A DNA stretch of 64,000 nt from Opitutales bacterium (GCA_049599475.1 JBMYOQ010000015.1:1-64000), one strand, 5' to 3'; positions 39,709 through 50,756 are shown, counted from the stretch's first letter. Numbers and translations are program-made. The notes: generated from the letters alone by a model not told the origin.

Positions 39709-40134
39709 ATGACACCTGAATCTGCGCCACGAACCGGTCATGATGATATTCATGGCCTTAAGTATTTCCCTCGTATGCTCGACAAAATCCGTAAATACCA
39801 AGCGGGTACCTTGCACGAGGATTTTCACCCAAATTTGGGCATCTCTATGGATGGTCAATTGTGCGATATCCTGAATGTCGACTACGCGAAACTCCGCGCA
39901 TTCGTCGAAGCAGGAGCGACCGACCAAGAAGCCTATGAGTGGTGTGAGAAGGAAGGCCGCCCGATTACCGAGAATTTCAAGATCGTTTGGAATGGCTTTG
40001 CAAACAAGCTTGGTTGGGACGATCACATCACTGACAAGCTTGCATTGCGCAAAGAGCAAAGTGGCTTGGGCGATCGAGATGACATCGTCTACATGATCGA
40101 TTATTTCGATTTCGACGAAGGCCGCCGGTCTTAG
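39709..40134 (+). CDS. DUF5069-like protein
   Basis: PR..GLKYFPRMLDKIR..AGTL..DF..D..LC; C-terminal DFDEGR. Confidence 0.75.
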   Translation: MTPESAPRTGHDDIHGLKYFPRMLDKIRKYQAGTLHEDFHPNLGISMDGQLCDILNVDYAKLRAFVEAGATDQEAYEWCEKEGRPITENFKIVWNGFANKLGWDDHITDKLALRKEQSGLGDRDDIVYMIDYFDFDEGRRS

Positions 40135-40197
40135 TTTGCGCTATTTTTGGAAAGTGGCTTGAAAAGCAAACGCGTCTTGGCACTTTCTGGCCTACCT

Positions 40198-41344
40198 ATG
40201 ATCAGTCCAGAAACGCGCAGCATTATCGAAGAAATCGTCCGTCGGGCCGGCCACTTATGGAGGTATCTTTGACGTCGATTCTAAGAAAACACGCATCGCA
40301 GACTTGGAAAAAGAAATGGCCGACCCGGCTTTTTGGGATGATCCAAATAACTCCCAGAAAGTCATCGCCGAGGCCAATACTCTAAAAGTTTCGATCAAGG
40401 AACTCGTCGCTTATCAGGAGCGAGTTGACGATATGACGGCCATGCAGGAACTGATCGCAGAAGTCGATGAAGATGAAGCTGAGCTCTATGCCTCAGAGCT
40501 CGAGGAGACGGCAAACGCACTATACTCCGAAATCGACCGCATCGAAATCGCTAGCTTCCTTGATGGGCAGTTGGATAAAAACAACGCGATCCTTTCGATC
40601 AATGCAGGAGCAGGGGGTACCGAGTCCTGCGACTGGGCAGACATGCTTCTACGCATGTATTCCCGCTGGGCAGAGCGGCAGGGCTACGAGGTAGAAATTC
40701 TTGATCTGGTTCCAGGTGAAGAGGCTGGAATCTCCAAGGCGACCCTGGCCATCAAGGGTGCAAACGCTTACGGATACGCGCGCGCAGAACGCGGAGTCCA
40801 TCGCCTGGTGCGTATCAGTCCTTTTGATTCAAATAAACGCAGGCATACATCATTCTGTGCTGTGGACGTGATTGCCGAAGTGGACGATGATATCGATATT
40901 GAGATTCGCACTGAAGATTTGCGTATCGATACCTATCGGGCGTCGGGCAAAGGCGGACAACACGTCAATAAGACGGAGTCCGCGATACGTCTTACGCACA
41001 TCCCTTCAGGGCTTGTCGTGGCCTGTCAAAATGAGCGTTCTCAGCACAAAAATAAAGCTACGGCTATGAAAATGCTAAAGTCCCGGTTGTACGAGAAAAT
41101 TGAGGACGAAAAGCGCTCTGAAATGGAAAAATTTTACGGGGATAAAGGCGAAATAGGCTGGGGTAACCAAATCCGAAGTTACGTCTTTCAGCCGTATCAG
41201 ATGGTCAAAGACTTGCGTATCGGCGTGGAAAACGGGAACGTGCAAGCCGTAATGGACGGAGACCTCGATAGTTTTATTCACAACTGGTTGCGTGCGGGTA
41301 AGCCGATGACGCGTAACAAAGAAATTCAGATGGAGGATGCCTGA
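40198..41344 (+). CDS. prfB: Peptide chain release factor 2, programmed +1 frameshift at 40267-40273
   Basis: 24-codon upstream ORF ending GGAGGTAT-CTT-TGA-C; +1 frame carries SPF and GGQ motifs. Confidence 0.97.
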
Positions 41345-42749
41345 TATGAAATTTGAGGCACTACAAGAGGCGTTTGCCGCTCAAGAGCTCTTTGAGGATA
41401 AGACTTGGAAACTGTCCCCAGAGCCCTTCCGTCTCACGCCCCAGCAGCACGCTGATATTTTGCAAATCGGCGATGCGTGCCTCGCATTTCATAATGCCCT
41501 CGAGTTCCTTTACACCAAAGCGTTTCAGGGGAAAAATTTGCTTAGAAATTCTCCGCTCGTTGCGGAGTGGGTCGCCGACTATCTGGATCGAGGTAAGCCC
41601 GAATCTCTCAGGGATCATGCGCGAAGCAAAGCAGTGAAGGGGCAGATCCCTCGAGTTTTGCGTCCAGATTTGCTCTGGACTGATGATGGTTTTCAGGTGA
41701 CGGAGCTCGACTCCGTGCCAGGGGGGATCGGTTTGACTGGGTACCTCAACCAGCTCTATGCCGATGAATTCACTGATTCACTGGTGGGTGATAATACGTC
41801 GATGTTAGAAGCGTTTTATCAGGCATTGGTGGCGCATGTGCCCAGGAATCATAGCCCTTTTGTGGCGATTGTGGTGTCTGACGAAGCCGCAACTTACCGA
41901 CCCGAAATGGATTGGGTCGCCGAACAATTTCAGCGTTTGGGCCACCGCGTATTCGTGTTTCACCCTGAAGACTTGATGCCTTTAGGGGATGCCATGTGCG
42001 TGGACATGGACGGCAACCCACAGAAGGTGGATGTGATCTATCGTTTCTGGGAGCTCTTTGATTTGCCGAATGTTCCGATCGCCGATTTTCTTCTAAAAAT
42101 GCGTCGCGAGCAGCAGGTCCTGGTAACCCCTCCAATGCGACCATTCCAGGAAGAGAAGTTGAATTTAGCTCTTTTCCATCATCATCTCCTGCAAGGTTTT
42201 TGGAAAGAAGCGCTGCCTAAGAAGGCTTATAAGACTTTAAAGAAGGTGATTCCGCCCTCTTGGATTATGGACCCTCAGAAACTGCCTCCAGGGGCGGTGA
42301 TCGACGGACCTTTGATTGGCGGGAAATTGATGCACTCTTGGGAACAGCTCAAGGATGCCTCGCAGAAGGAGCGTAATCTGATCTTAAAAATTTCTGGATT
42401 CCACGAAGATGCCTGGGGCGCACGTAGTGTAGTGCTAGGCAGTGACTGTTCCAAAGAAGAGTGGAATGAAGCCGTGGATGGTGCGATTGCCTCTGCCGAC
42501 AACGCTTTGTATATCGTTCAGGAATACAAAAAACCTTCGCGAGTGCAGCATCCTGTCTACAGTGATGACGGTGAGCTCTACCAAATGCAGGGACGAGTCC
42601 GTATTTGTCCCTATTACTTCGTGACAAATGAAGCGTCTACGGAAAATACCTTGGGCGGTATTTTGGCAACCATTTGTCCCGCGGATAAAAAAATCATTCA
42701 TGGGATGAAAGATGCATCCCTTGTTCCTTGTCACGTTATAGATGCTTAA
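41337..42749 (+). CDS. ATP-grasp-like ligase (circularly permuted / GSP-synthase-like)
   Basis: RPDL..FQVTELD..PGG, DVIYRF, LILK..GARSV, YIVQEY. Confidence 0.65.
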   Translation: MPDMKFEALQEAFAAQELFEDKTWKLSPEPFRLTPQQHADILQIGDACLAFHNALEFLYTKAFQGKNLLRNSPLVAEWVADYLDRGKPESLRDHARSKAVKGQIPRVLRPDLLWTDDGFQVTELDSVPGGIGLTGYLNQLYADEFTDSLVGDNTSMLEAFYQALVAHVPRNHSPFVAIVVSDEAATYRPEMDWVAEQFQRLGHRVFVFHPEDLMPLGDAMCVDMDGNPQKVDVIYRFWELFDLPNVPIADFLLKMRREQQVLVTPPMRPFQEEKLNLALFHHHLLQGFWKEALPKKAYKTLKKVIPPSWIMDPQKLPPGAVIDGPLIGGKLMHSWEQLKDASQKERNLILKISGFHEDAWGARSVVLGSDCSKEEWNEAVDGAIASADNALYIVQEYKKPSRVQHPVYSDDGELYQMQGRVRICPYYFVTNEASTENTLGGILATICPADKKIIHGMKDASLVPCHVIDA

Positions 42750-43047
42750 AATGGAAAAACCTCCTGAAGAGACTCCGGAAGAGGACAAACCTATCGATGT
42801 AATGGACATCCTTAAGGAAAACCTTGAGGTATCGAAGAAAAACGAGAAAGCCATCGATATTGTCAAAAAGAAGAGTAAGCGGAAGCGCGACTATTGGCTC
42901 ATTTTGATTTTGACGAATCTTATCTTTGGAGGGCTTGCTATTACTTTTTCATCAAGTGTCGTGGCTCTGGTATACATCCTCTCCGGAGCTCTTATTTTCT
43001 CAGTAGCTTTCACATGGATAATGTGGGTGGTCTTGAGCGATTACTGA
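42742..43047 (+). CDS. Small membrane protein
   Basis: Charged N-terminus + two C-terminal TM helices; overlaps the upstream stop. Confidence 0.7.
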   Translation: MLKMEKPPEETPEEDKPIDVMDILKENLEVSKKNEKAIDIVKKKSKRKRDYWLILILTNLIFGGLAITFSSSVVALVYILSGALIFSVAFTWIMWVVLSDY

Positions 43048-43763
43048 GGATTGGCTTCGCGTGATTCTTGAGGGTAGAGCACAAATTCGAAGCCTTGCGC
43101 TTTCGCCCAGTGAATAAATTCCTCTACGGCTGCAGGTAGCCAACTTTTGTCTACCGCGTATTTATCTTCGTTCGCCTTATAGCGCATCTCGTGCAAGACG
43201 ATTGCGCCTCCGTTATTCTTAAGGACTTTATCTTTGATTTTGGACATTACCTTTTCGGCATCTTCGGGGCCTGTGGCTGCATCGTAAACGAAGAGAGTGA
43301 CATAGGCGTATTCCAAATCGAATTCTTTTGTGATTTTCTTAACTGCGGGAGTTTTGATTCCCAGTGGTGGCCTAAAGTAGCGTGCCGTGAAATCCGTGTC
43401 TGTAGATAGTGACTCAAGGAGCTCTATACACGCAATTGTCTCTTGCCGGAGCTTTTTTGTCGATGTAAGGCTCGTGAGAGTGTGTTCGTATGAATGCAGC
43501 ACCATCAGGTGGCCTGCATTGATGGCACGTGTTACAATCTCCGGATGTTCTTCGATGTTTTTGCCTATATAGCAAAAGGCTGCGGGTGTTTCGGTTCGTT
43601 CAAGAACATCGAGGAGTTCGTTGGAGACGCGGGCCGATGGCCCATCGTCGAAGGATAAAATTATCTTCCCGTTTTGGCTCGGATAAAGGTCTTTATCCAG
43701 GATTGTACAGGCGCTCGTAAACATAGTCAGAAAACTCAATACAATTAGTCGAGATGCATTCAT
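43041..43763 (-). CDS. Polysaccharide deacetylase (CE4/NodB) lipoprotein
   Basis: TSAC lipobox, SFDDGP, HSYEH, FRPP, IVLHE. Confidence 0.9.
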   Translation of the reverse strand: MNASRLIVLSFLTMFTSACTILDKDLYPSQNGKIILSFDDGPSARVSNELLDVLERTETPAAFCYIGKNIEEHPEIVTRAINAGHLMVLHSYEHTLTSLTSTKKLRQETIACIELLESLSTDTDFTARYFRPPLGIKTPAVKKITKEFDLEYAYVTLFVYDAATGPEDAEKVMSKIKDKVLKNNGGAIVLHEMRYKANEDKYAVDKSWLPAAVEEFIHWAKAQGFEFVLYPQESREANPQ

Positions 43764-46700
43764 CCGCAGGCCGTTAATATTTCCTCTGCGCTGGACTGTG
43801 CATCCGCAGCCTTTGCGAGGCGAGCGTAATCCGTTTTGCCCGAAGCAAGCTTTGGAAGCGATTCAAGGTATATGATTTCCTTGGGAATCCATAGATTGGG
43901 GAGATCGGAAGGGGACAGGAATTGTCTGAGCTCTGAGGCGTCGAGCTTTTCTTCGGTAAAGAGAACAAGCTTTTCTCCTTTTTGCTCATCTGGCTTTGCG
44001 CAGATCGCGAGGTTTGTGGATAGGCTGTGAGATGTGAAGACGTCTTCTATCTGTTTTTCAATTGAATCTAGGGGCGCCATTTCTCCACCGATTTTTGCGA
44101 AGCGACTCACCCGACCTTCGATGAAAAGAAATCCGTCTTCATCGATGCGAACAATGTCTCCAGTGTGTAGCCAGCCATCGCGAAAGCGTTCGGTGTTTGC
44201 GGAGTCGTTGTGTAAGTAACCGACTGATACATTTGGTCCCTGGACCTCGAGAATGCCTCGGCCGGCACCATACTGAATAGATCCAGTTTCTGGATCCACT
44301 AGGCGTGCTCGAATGCCAGGAAGTAGTCTTCCCGAGCTATTGGCACGTTTTCCCTGTCTCCAGCTCTCCTCCTTGCCGTTTCGGAATTCGGGGTTGGACA
44401 CATTGAGAGAGATTACAGGGCTGGCTTCGGTCATACCGTAGCCAAGAAGGATTTCCGACTGAAATTTCTGTTCCCAGGCGCTTTGAAGAGTTTCAGGCAA
44501 TCGCTCAGCGCCCGCTATCACGGATCGCAGAGTAGATAGCTCTTCGGGTTTTGACTTCTTTAGGTAGGATCGAAGGAAGGTGGGTGTGGCCAGAAGTATG
44601 GTCGCTGATTGCTCTTTAATAGCTTGGCTAGATGTCTTTGAGTCTAGTGGGTTGGGGCATGTGATAAGTGTGTTGCCCGAGACTAAGGGCATCCAGCACC
44701 CAATGGTGTATCCAAAGCTGTGGAACGGGGGTAGGTTCGATAGGATGCGGTCGTCTGTTCTCACCGCAGCACATCCTTTAACCTGAAGGCAGTTTGCCAG
44801 AATGTTCGCAGGAGTGAGGACCACGCCTTTAGGTGTTCCAGAGCTGCCGCTTGTAAAGAGGATTGTGGCCTCTTCAGGGTTCGATCTTTTAGACAAGCTT
44901 TTTGCTGAGAAAATGAAGGTGCGAATTCCAGCGATTAATGTATCTTTCAAGCTCGGTTTGAACCATGAATCAATCGCCACCACTTTTGTCGATCTGGGTG
45001 CCTTGGACTCTACAGTTTTGGCTAGTTTAGATACTGTGAAGATGGTATCCAGTTCAGCCGTTTGGGCGTAGGATCTCCATGTCTCGGGTGATGTTGTTGT
45101 ATTTAAAAAAACTGGAACTTTACCCGTCATCTGAGATGCTAGGTTGCTCGAAATTGCAGCAGCTCCCATTGGAAGGGCAAAGCCAACGCGTTTGCTTGAG
45201 GTTGTAGCTTCGATTTTTTGGCGCAAGATCTCCGAGAGAATGAGTAGTTTGCGATTGCTGATTTCTTTTTTGCCAGTGCTATAGTCGATAAGTTCAGGGC
45301 CTCGGTTTCCTTTGAGATTTTTGATGGCAAGCTCAGTAATGGATGCTTCATTCTCTGCGCGATTTGTCATAAGTTTTTGTGACAAATCTGTGAATTGATC
45401 CCGGAGATTCTCGATTGAGATATTTTTGGAAGAGATGGGGTCGCCGAACCGTGCGCTTATTGAATAGGGCAGTGCGCGTGGTTTTTTGGTGAAAAAGCGA
45501 TTGTCCGAGTAGGAGAAGATGGATCCCCATACTTGGTCCATGAATAGGGGAACGACTACGGCATTGGACTGGCGAGCAATCAAAACGGCTCCCTTCTTTA
45601 ATGAGTGAAGCATGCCGGTCTGAGAAATCCCGCCTTCAGGAAAGATGCATACGCAGTCGCCAGACTTGAGGGCTTCTTGTGCACTCTTGATAGCGCTACG
45701 AGCGCATTTGGGGCATACTGGGATCACATTGAAGAAATTGAATATGAACCGAATCCACGGGTTGCTCAAAAGGTCCGCTGAACCCATAAATCTTACTTCT
45801 CGTGGTGAGGCGAGGGGGACAATTACAGCGTCTGCCCAAGAGAGGTGATTAGCTACTAAGAGTACGCCGCCCTTTAGTGGCATTTTATGAGAATCCTTTA
45901 CTTTTACACGATAGATGCAGCGCGCTAGGAAGCGAGCGAAGGCAAGAAAGATCTTTTTCCAGTATTGTGTTGCTAGGACAGCGGCGAGAAGCAGGAGGAA
46001 TCCTGATACAAGGAATAACTGCTCGTGGTATTGGACTTGAAAAATGTTTGCTAGACTGTGCATGCCTAGGAGCGTGATGCTTAGGATGTTGGTCAATGCA
46101 TTTACTTGTGATAAAACAGGACCGCGCTCGCTATCATGAGTGCCTAGTTGAATCAGGCTTTGCATCGGGATGACCAGGCCTGCTCCTGAGAATCCAATAA
46201 GGGCTAGGAAGCTGTATTGTAACCAGGGGTTCGATACCTCAGTGTTGATGAGGAAAAAAGTTGCGATGGCTATACTCGCGCATGCAAAAGGTGATAGGTG
46301 ATCAGCAATCTTTTTCTTTTGGATTTGCCCGACCACAAGGCTGCCAATCATGAAGCCGCAACCAATGCTTGCCGCATAGATACCGGCGACTGATGCCGCT
46401 GTATCCGGTGCTTCACTACGTACTATTTGAGATAAACAGACTAGGAGAAATCCGCCGAAGGCATAAAATGCAGCGATGCCGAGAGCTCCAATTCTGAGAT
46501 CTGATCGCTGTAGGATCTGTTTCAGTTGGGCGAGCAGGTTCTTCGACTTTGGCTCGGGGGCGCCAGTGTTGCGATATTGCCCTTCCGCAGTTCTATATTT
46601 TTGGAAAGCGAATAGAGATCCCAGGGCGGTTAAAACGAGAATGGCGCCCAAGATAAAGAAAGCGGTGTAAGCGGGAAAATGTGACTGTAGCATGTCGTAA

Positions 46701-47191
46701 CCAAGCCCACCGAGGGTGCCTCCCAGCAGAATGCCGAGCACTGAGCTTAGGCCCATCCAGGCGACCCAGCGACCGAGTTTTTCGGGACCGACCCATTCTT
46801 TTAGAACAGCTTGTTTTGCTGGAGAGAAGCAGGCGGACTGGCAGGCCAGCAATCCGAAAGCTAAGAGAACGCCGGCTATGTTGCCCAGTAGAGCTGCTGC
46901 GCACAGTCCAATACAAATGAGGCATTGTGCAACCAGGCATCCATGGATGACCTTTTCTCGACTATATTTAACACTCATCCACGAGGCCAATGGGGCCAGG
47001 AGAATAAATGGGGCGATGAGTAGGGCTGCCGTGAGCGTGGTTGCGGATTCGCCCTGTGAGCCAGATAAGGTGCTTGCAATGAGACCTAAGAGGCCGAACT
47101 TGGCAAAGTTATCATTGAATGCGACGAGCGCTTGAATCGTGAGCAGGCGCGCCGGTTTTGGATGAGTCGATTGATTAAGTGTTGTGTGCAT
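43760..47191 (-). CDS. aas: MFS-acyltransferase-acyl-ACP synthetase fusion (Aas-like)
   Basis: MFS (AFNDN, FSPAK), NHLSWAD/FPEG acyltransferase, FTSGSSGTPKG, YGMTE, TGD. Confidence 0.92.
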   Translation of the reverse strand: MHTTLNQSTHPKPARLLTIQALVAFNDNFAKFGLLGLIASTLSGSQGESATTLTAALLIAPFILLAPLASWMSVKYSREKVIHGCLVAQCLICIGLCAAALLGNIAGVLLAFGLLACQSACFSPAKQAVLKEWVGPEKLGRWVAWMGLSSVLGILLGGTLGGLGYDMLQSHFPAYTAFFILGAILVLTALGSLFAFQKYRTAEGQYRNTGAPEPKSKNLLAQLKQILQRSDLRIGALGIAAFYAFGGFLLVCLSQIVRSEAPDTAASVAGIYAASIGCGFMIGSLVVGQIQKKKIADHLSPFACASIAIATFFLINTEVSNPWLQYSFLALIGFSGAGLVIPMQSLIQLGTHDSERGPVLSQVNALTNILSITLLGMHSLANIFQVQYHEQLFLVSGFLLLLAAVLATQYWKKIFLAFARFLARCIYRVKVKDSHKMPLKGGVLLVANHLSWADAVIVPLASPREVRFMGSADLLSNPWIRFIFNFFNVIPVCPKCARSAIKSAQEALKSGDCVCIFPEGGISQTGMLHSLKKGAVLIARQSNAVVVPLFMDQVWGSIFSYSDNRFFTKKPRALPYSISARFGDPISSKNISIENLRDQFTDLSQKLMTNRAENEASITELAIKNLKGNRGPELIDYSTGKKEISNRKLLILSEILRQKIEATTSSKRVGFALPMGAAAISSNLASQMTGKVPVFLNTTTSPETWRSYAQTAELDTIFTVSKLAKTVESKAPRSTKVVAIDSWFKPSLKDTLIAGIRTFIFSAKSLSKRSNPEEATILFTSGSSGTPKGVVLTPANILANCLQVKGCAAVRTDDRILSNLPPFHSFGYTIGCWMPLVSGNTLITCPNPLDSKTSSQAIKEQSATILLATPTFLRSYLKKSKPEELSTLRSVIAGAERLPETLQSAWEQKFQSEILLGYGMTEASPVISLNVSNPEFRNGKEESWRQGKRANSSGRLLPGIRARLVDPETGSIQYGAGRGILEVQGPNVSVGYLHNDSANTERFRDGWLHTGDIVRIDEDGFLFIEGRVSRFAKIGGEMAPLDSIEKQIEDVFTSHSLSTNLAICAKPDEQKGEKLVLFTEEKLDASELRQFLSPSDLPNLWIPKEIIYLESLPKLASGKTDYARLAKAADAQSSAEEILTACG

Positions 47192-47202
47192 GCCCTCATA
47201 TT

Positions 47203-47218
47203 TGCGAGGAGTATGCCA
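47203..47218 (-). promoter_or_regulatory. Putative sigma-54 promoter of the aas-like gene
   Basis: Minus strand TGGCATACTCCTCGCA = GG-N10-GC. Confidence 0.5.
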
Positions 47219-47384
47219 TTGTGGGCCCCTGTAGATGTGTGTAGAGTTGTAAATTCCTCTACACCAGGGGTTTGCGAGTTTTGAATAAAGCTTAATTTAA
47301 TCCAAGTTCATCCTCTTGAAACCTAAAATGCTATCGCGTGTGATTCTGTGATAGCATTAAATGTCCTTCAGTCCGGAATATGCG

Positions 47385-48227
47385 TTACTCTTCCTCGATG
47401 CACTGATTCATCGCGGTGGCAGGGCAGTCTTCGCTGCGATGTTGTGCTACGATTTTTGCAGGCACCCCTGCTACGGTTACGTGTGCTGGGACGTCCTGTA
47501 GGACCACGCTGTTTGCGCCCACCTTAGAGTGCGCTCCGATGGTTATGTTTCCTAAAACCTTTGCTCCAGATGCTAAAAGCACTCCGGTCTGTATTTTTGG
47601 ATGACGATCGCCTTTTTCTTTGCCGGTGCCGCCTAAAGTGACTTCGTGCAGGATAGAGACGTTGTCGCAAACCACTGCTGTTTCCCCCGCGACGAAGCTG
47701 GTAGCGTGGTCGAGGAAGATTCCTTTGCCAAACTTGGCGGCCGGGTGAATGTCCACGCCGAAAGTTTCAGAGATGTGGCTCTGTAGGTAAAGGGCTAGGT
47801 GCTTACGGTTTTGCTTCCAGAATAGATGACTGATCCGATAGGCAGTCATGGCCTGGAATCCTTTGAAAAACAGCAGAGGCGATAGGTAGTCCTCGCAAGC
47901 AGGGTCGCGCTCGTGGATGGCCTGGATATCAGCGCGAACCCGTTCTGAGATCATAGGATCGGCGTCGAAGGCCTCCCGAAAAGTCATCATGATTTCTTCC
48001 TCGGTGCCTGCGATTCGCCCAAATTTTCGTGAAAGGCGTGTGCAGATGGAATCCTCTAAGGTTTCTTTGGAGAGGACTACGTTGTCGATGAGGCGACGCA
48101 TGTAGGGCTCCTTTTCGAATACCTGAAGCGCCTCGGACTGGATGCGTTTCCAGACCGGATCGGTGCTTTCCTTGATTGGATTCTGCTCTGCGAAAGAGGC
48201 TTCTGGGATCATAACGCTCATAGTCAA
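47385..48227 (-). CDS. cysE: Serine O-acetyltransferase
   Basis: RDPAC, DIHPAA, LDHA, TLGGTGK..DRHP, GVPAK. Confidence 0.96.
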   Translation of the reverse strand: MTMSVMIPEASFAEQNPIKESTDPVWKRIQSEALQVFEKEPYMRRLIDNVVLSKETLEDSICTRLSRKFGRIAGTEEEIMMTFREAFDADPMISERVRADIQAIHERDPACEDYLSPLLFFKGFQAMTAYRISHLFWKQNRKHLALYLQSHISETFGVDIHPAAKFGKGIFLDHATSFVAGETAVVCDNVSILHEVTLGGTGKEKGDRHPKIQTGVLLASGAKVLGNITIGAHSKVGANSVVLQDVPAHVTVAGVPAKIVAQHRSEDCPATAMNQCIEEE

Positions 48228-48425
48228 AGACGGATTCGAGATAATGACAACCGACTTTTACGATTGCTGTTTAATCGATTGGAGCCGTGAGCGCTTTCAA
48301 AATTCCACTTAAAAGTGCTGTGGGGTGCCTCCGTGACTTGAATTTGTGGGATTCCGAGTTTCCTTACGGAGAGAGAAGGCCGGTAATGGTTCAAAACCCA
48401 GATGTACTTTCTCAGATCCACAATC

Positions 48426-49031
48426 ATGAAAACAAGGACTCTATTCATTCTATCGCTGGCGCTTTCGATCGCTGGCTCGGCTTTCTTGAATGCCGCAAAA
48501 GTGGGCGAACCCGCTCCCGCCTTCACATTGTCAGATCTTTCTGGGACAGAGCATAAGCTCTCTGATTTTGCAGGGAAATTTGTTGTCTTGGAATGGGTGA
48601 ATCCCGACTGCCCTTTCGTGAAGAAGCATTATGGTTCCGGCAATATGCAGGCGCTACAAAAGACCTGGACTGACAAAGGGGTTGTTTGGTTATCCATCGA
48701 GTCGACGAAGGCGAGCCATCCCCAGTACTATGGTAAGGCAGAGTTAACCAAATTTACGAAGAAGGCGGAGACTCATTCCTCGGCATTCCTTCTAGATGAG
48801 GGTGGAAAAGTGGGAAAGCTTTATGATGCCCGGACTACGCCTCATATGTACGTGATCTCTCCAGAAGGTGAGCTGATTTATAATGGAGCTATTGATAGTA
48901 TTAGCTCGGCCAATCCCAAGGATATTGAAAAGGCTGAGAACTATGTTGTCGCGGCGCTGACAGCTGCAAAGGCCGGAGATGAGGTATCTAAGAAAAGCAC
49001 ACGTCCGTATGGCTGTAGTGTGAAATATTAG
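48426..49031 (+). CDS. Exported redoxin (AhpC/TSA-like thioredoxin fold)
   Basis: Signal peptide, APAFTL, EWVNPDCPFV, TTPHM, YGCSVKY. Confidence 0.9.
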   Translation: MKTRTLFILSLALSIAGSAFLNAAKVGEPAPAFTLSDLSGTEHKLSDFAGKFVVLEWVNPDCPFVKKHYGSGNMQALQKTWTDKGVVWLSIESTKASHPQYYGKAELTKFTKKAETHSSAFLLDEGGKVGKLYDARTTPHMYVISPEGELIYNGAIDSISSANPKDIEKAENYVVAALTAAKAGDEVSKKSTRPYGCSVKY

Positions 49032-49055
49032 TTCTAGACCGTTATTTTTAATTGG

Positions 49056-49086
49056 AAGGGCCGCGTTCATTAGGATGCGGCTTTTT
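49056..49086 (+). terminator. Rho-independent terminator
   Basis: GGGCCGCGTTC...GGATGCGGCTTTTT. Confidence 0.65.
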
Positions 49087-49177
49087 CATTGGGAAAATTA
49101 TGTAAAAGCCGTACTAAGTGGCTAAGTGATAATCGATTATGATAAAAACGCCTTAAGCTTTTCCGTTTATTATTAGC

Positions 49178-49645
49178 ATGATTTTGTTTGGGAAAATAAA
49201 AATTAATACCCCGAGCGACTCTTTGAATGCACGTCCCCAGGTCCTAGATAACGGAGTTCTGTTTGGCATTCAGATTGTGGCTTCCTTGTCGTTTGTTTTA
49301 TCTACTTATTTCGAAAATCCAGTATACTTCTGCGTCATACTAGCATCCACCATGCTACTTTCTTTATATTCAGCCCTCTTTGAAAGCTCGGTTCCTCAGG
49401 TAATTTGGGGTAAACAAGCTTGGCGCGGAGATGTGACGCCGCAGAAAACGAAGACGATCAACCCGCGTGAAGCGATAGCAGAACGTGCTGCAAACGAGCT
49501 CATGGAAAAGATTGAAAATCTTCAGTATCAGCCCTTTGAGCGTCAGACATACAGACGGCAATTAAAGGCGTTGATCAGTGATGAATACTGCCCAGACGTC
49601 ATTCGTCGTCGAGTGCTCAAGCGTCACAAATATCTGCGTTCGTAA
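49178..49645 (+). CDS. Hypothetical membrane protein
   Basis: 155-aa ORF with two TM segments. Confidence 0.6.
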   Translation: MILFGKIKINTPSDSLNARPQVLDNGVLFGIQIVASLSFVLSTYFENPVYFCVILASTMLLSLYSALFESSVPQVIWGKQAWRGDVTPQKTKTINPREAIAERAANELMEKIENLQYQPFERQTYRRQLKALISDEYCPDVIRRRVLKRHKYLRS

Positions 49646-49877
49646 ACTGAAACAGGTTCATGGGTCGGGTGGGAATCCCGGAATCGAGGTGATAGGCGGC
49701 CTCGGTTGAAACGTAATTGATGGCGATTTAGGCTTGCTCAGGTCGCAGGATTCGCCATTTTCCTCGCTTTCGCTCGGATCTATTAGAGCGAGTTGCAACA
49801 TACGTTGTAAGCAAACCAAAACCAAACAACCCAAAAGAAACGTCAGTTTCTCCCGGATTTCCGGGCTTTGAACCAAC

Positions 49878-50711
49878 ATGAATATCACACCTAAAGACCT
49901 ACTCGATGCAGGTGTCCACTTCGGTCACCAAACACGCCGCTGGAATCCTAAGTCCAAGCCATTCATCTATGATCACCTCCACGGGGTTTCGATCATCGAT
50001 CTCGAAAAGACTTACCAGTGCTTAGAAAAAGCCACTGATTTTCTCGAAAGCCTCGTGGCTTCTGGCAAGGACGTGTTGTTTGTAGGCACTAAGAAGCAGG
50101 CCCAGGAAATGATCCGTGAGGCAGCTACTTCCGTAAACATGCCTTTCTGCGCAAACCGCTGGATGGGTGGAGGTCTTACCAATTTTGCGACTATCAAGAC
50201 TAGCTTGGCTAAGTACAAAAAGTTCCTCGGCATGGAAGCTGATGGATCTTTGGACAAGCTTCCTGGTAAGGAAGGCGCAGCGATCCGTCGCCAGATGAGC
50301 CGGATGAATCGCAACTTCGAAGGTCTCCTCGAAGTTACAGATCTGCCTGCAGCGATGTTCGTTATCGACACAAAGAGCGAAGCGATCGCAGTTGCTGAAG
50401 CGCGTCGTCTCGGAATCCCCGTGGTTGCGATCGTAGATACCAATTCGGATCCATCTATCATCGATTACCCGATCCCTGGCAATGACGACGCTGTAAAGTC
50501 TATCCGCATCATTTTGGACGTGATCCTCGAGTCTATCCAGAATGGTCTCGCGAAGCGCGATCTCAGCTCTCAGCCAACAGCTCGCGGCAACACGATCGCT
50601 CCGTTGGTGCGCGACACTACTTTCTACTCTGACGAGCAGCCTGAAGTGAATCTTCCTGCTGGTTTCGATGAGACATCTACTGCAAGCGAAAGCACTGAGA
50701 GCCAAAGCTAA
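49878..50711 (+). CDS. rpsB: 30S ribosomal protein S2
   Basis: LLDAGVHFGHQTRRWNPK, VGTKKQA, DTN, PGNDD. Confidence 0.98.
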   Translation: MNITPKDLLDAGVHFGHQTRRWNPKSKPFIYDHLHGVSIIDLEKTYQCLEKATDFLESLVASGKDVLFVGTKKQAQEMIREAATSVNMPFCANRWMGGGLTNFATIKTSLAKYKKFLGMEADGSLDKLPGKEGAAIRRQMSRMNRNFEGLLEVTDLPAAMFVIDTKSEAIAVAEARRLGIPVVAIVDTNSDPSIIDYPIPGNDDAVKSIRIILDVILESIQNGLAKRDLSSQPTARGNTIAPLVRDTTFYSDEQPEVNLPAGFDETSTASESTESQS

Positions 50712-50756
50712 CACCTTTCTCCGACTAAATCCCAATTCTCGACTGAGACATATTAA

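Noticed and set aside
40267..40273. prfB as a pseudogene
   Set aside because: The in-frame stop is the canonical programmed frameshift site.
49790..49877. Small hairpins and an A/C-rich tract in the rpsB leader
   Set aside because: Plausibly an S2 autoregulatory leader, but I cannot match a defined consensus.
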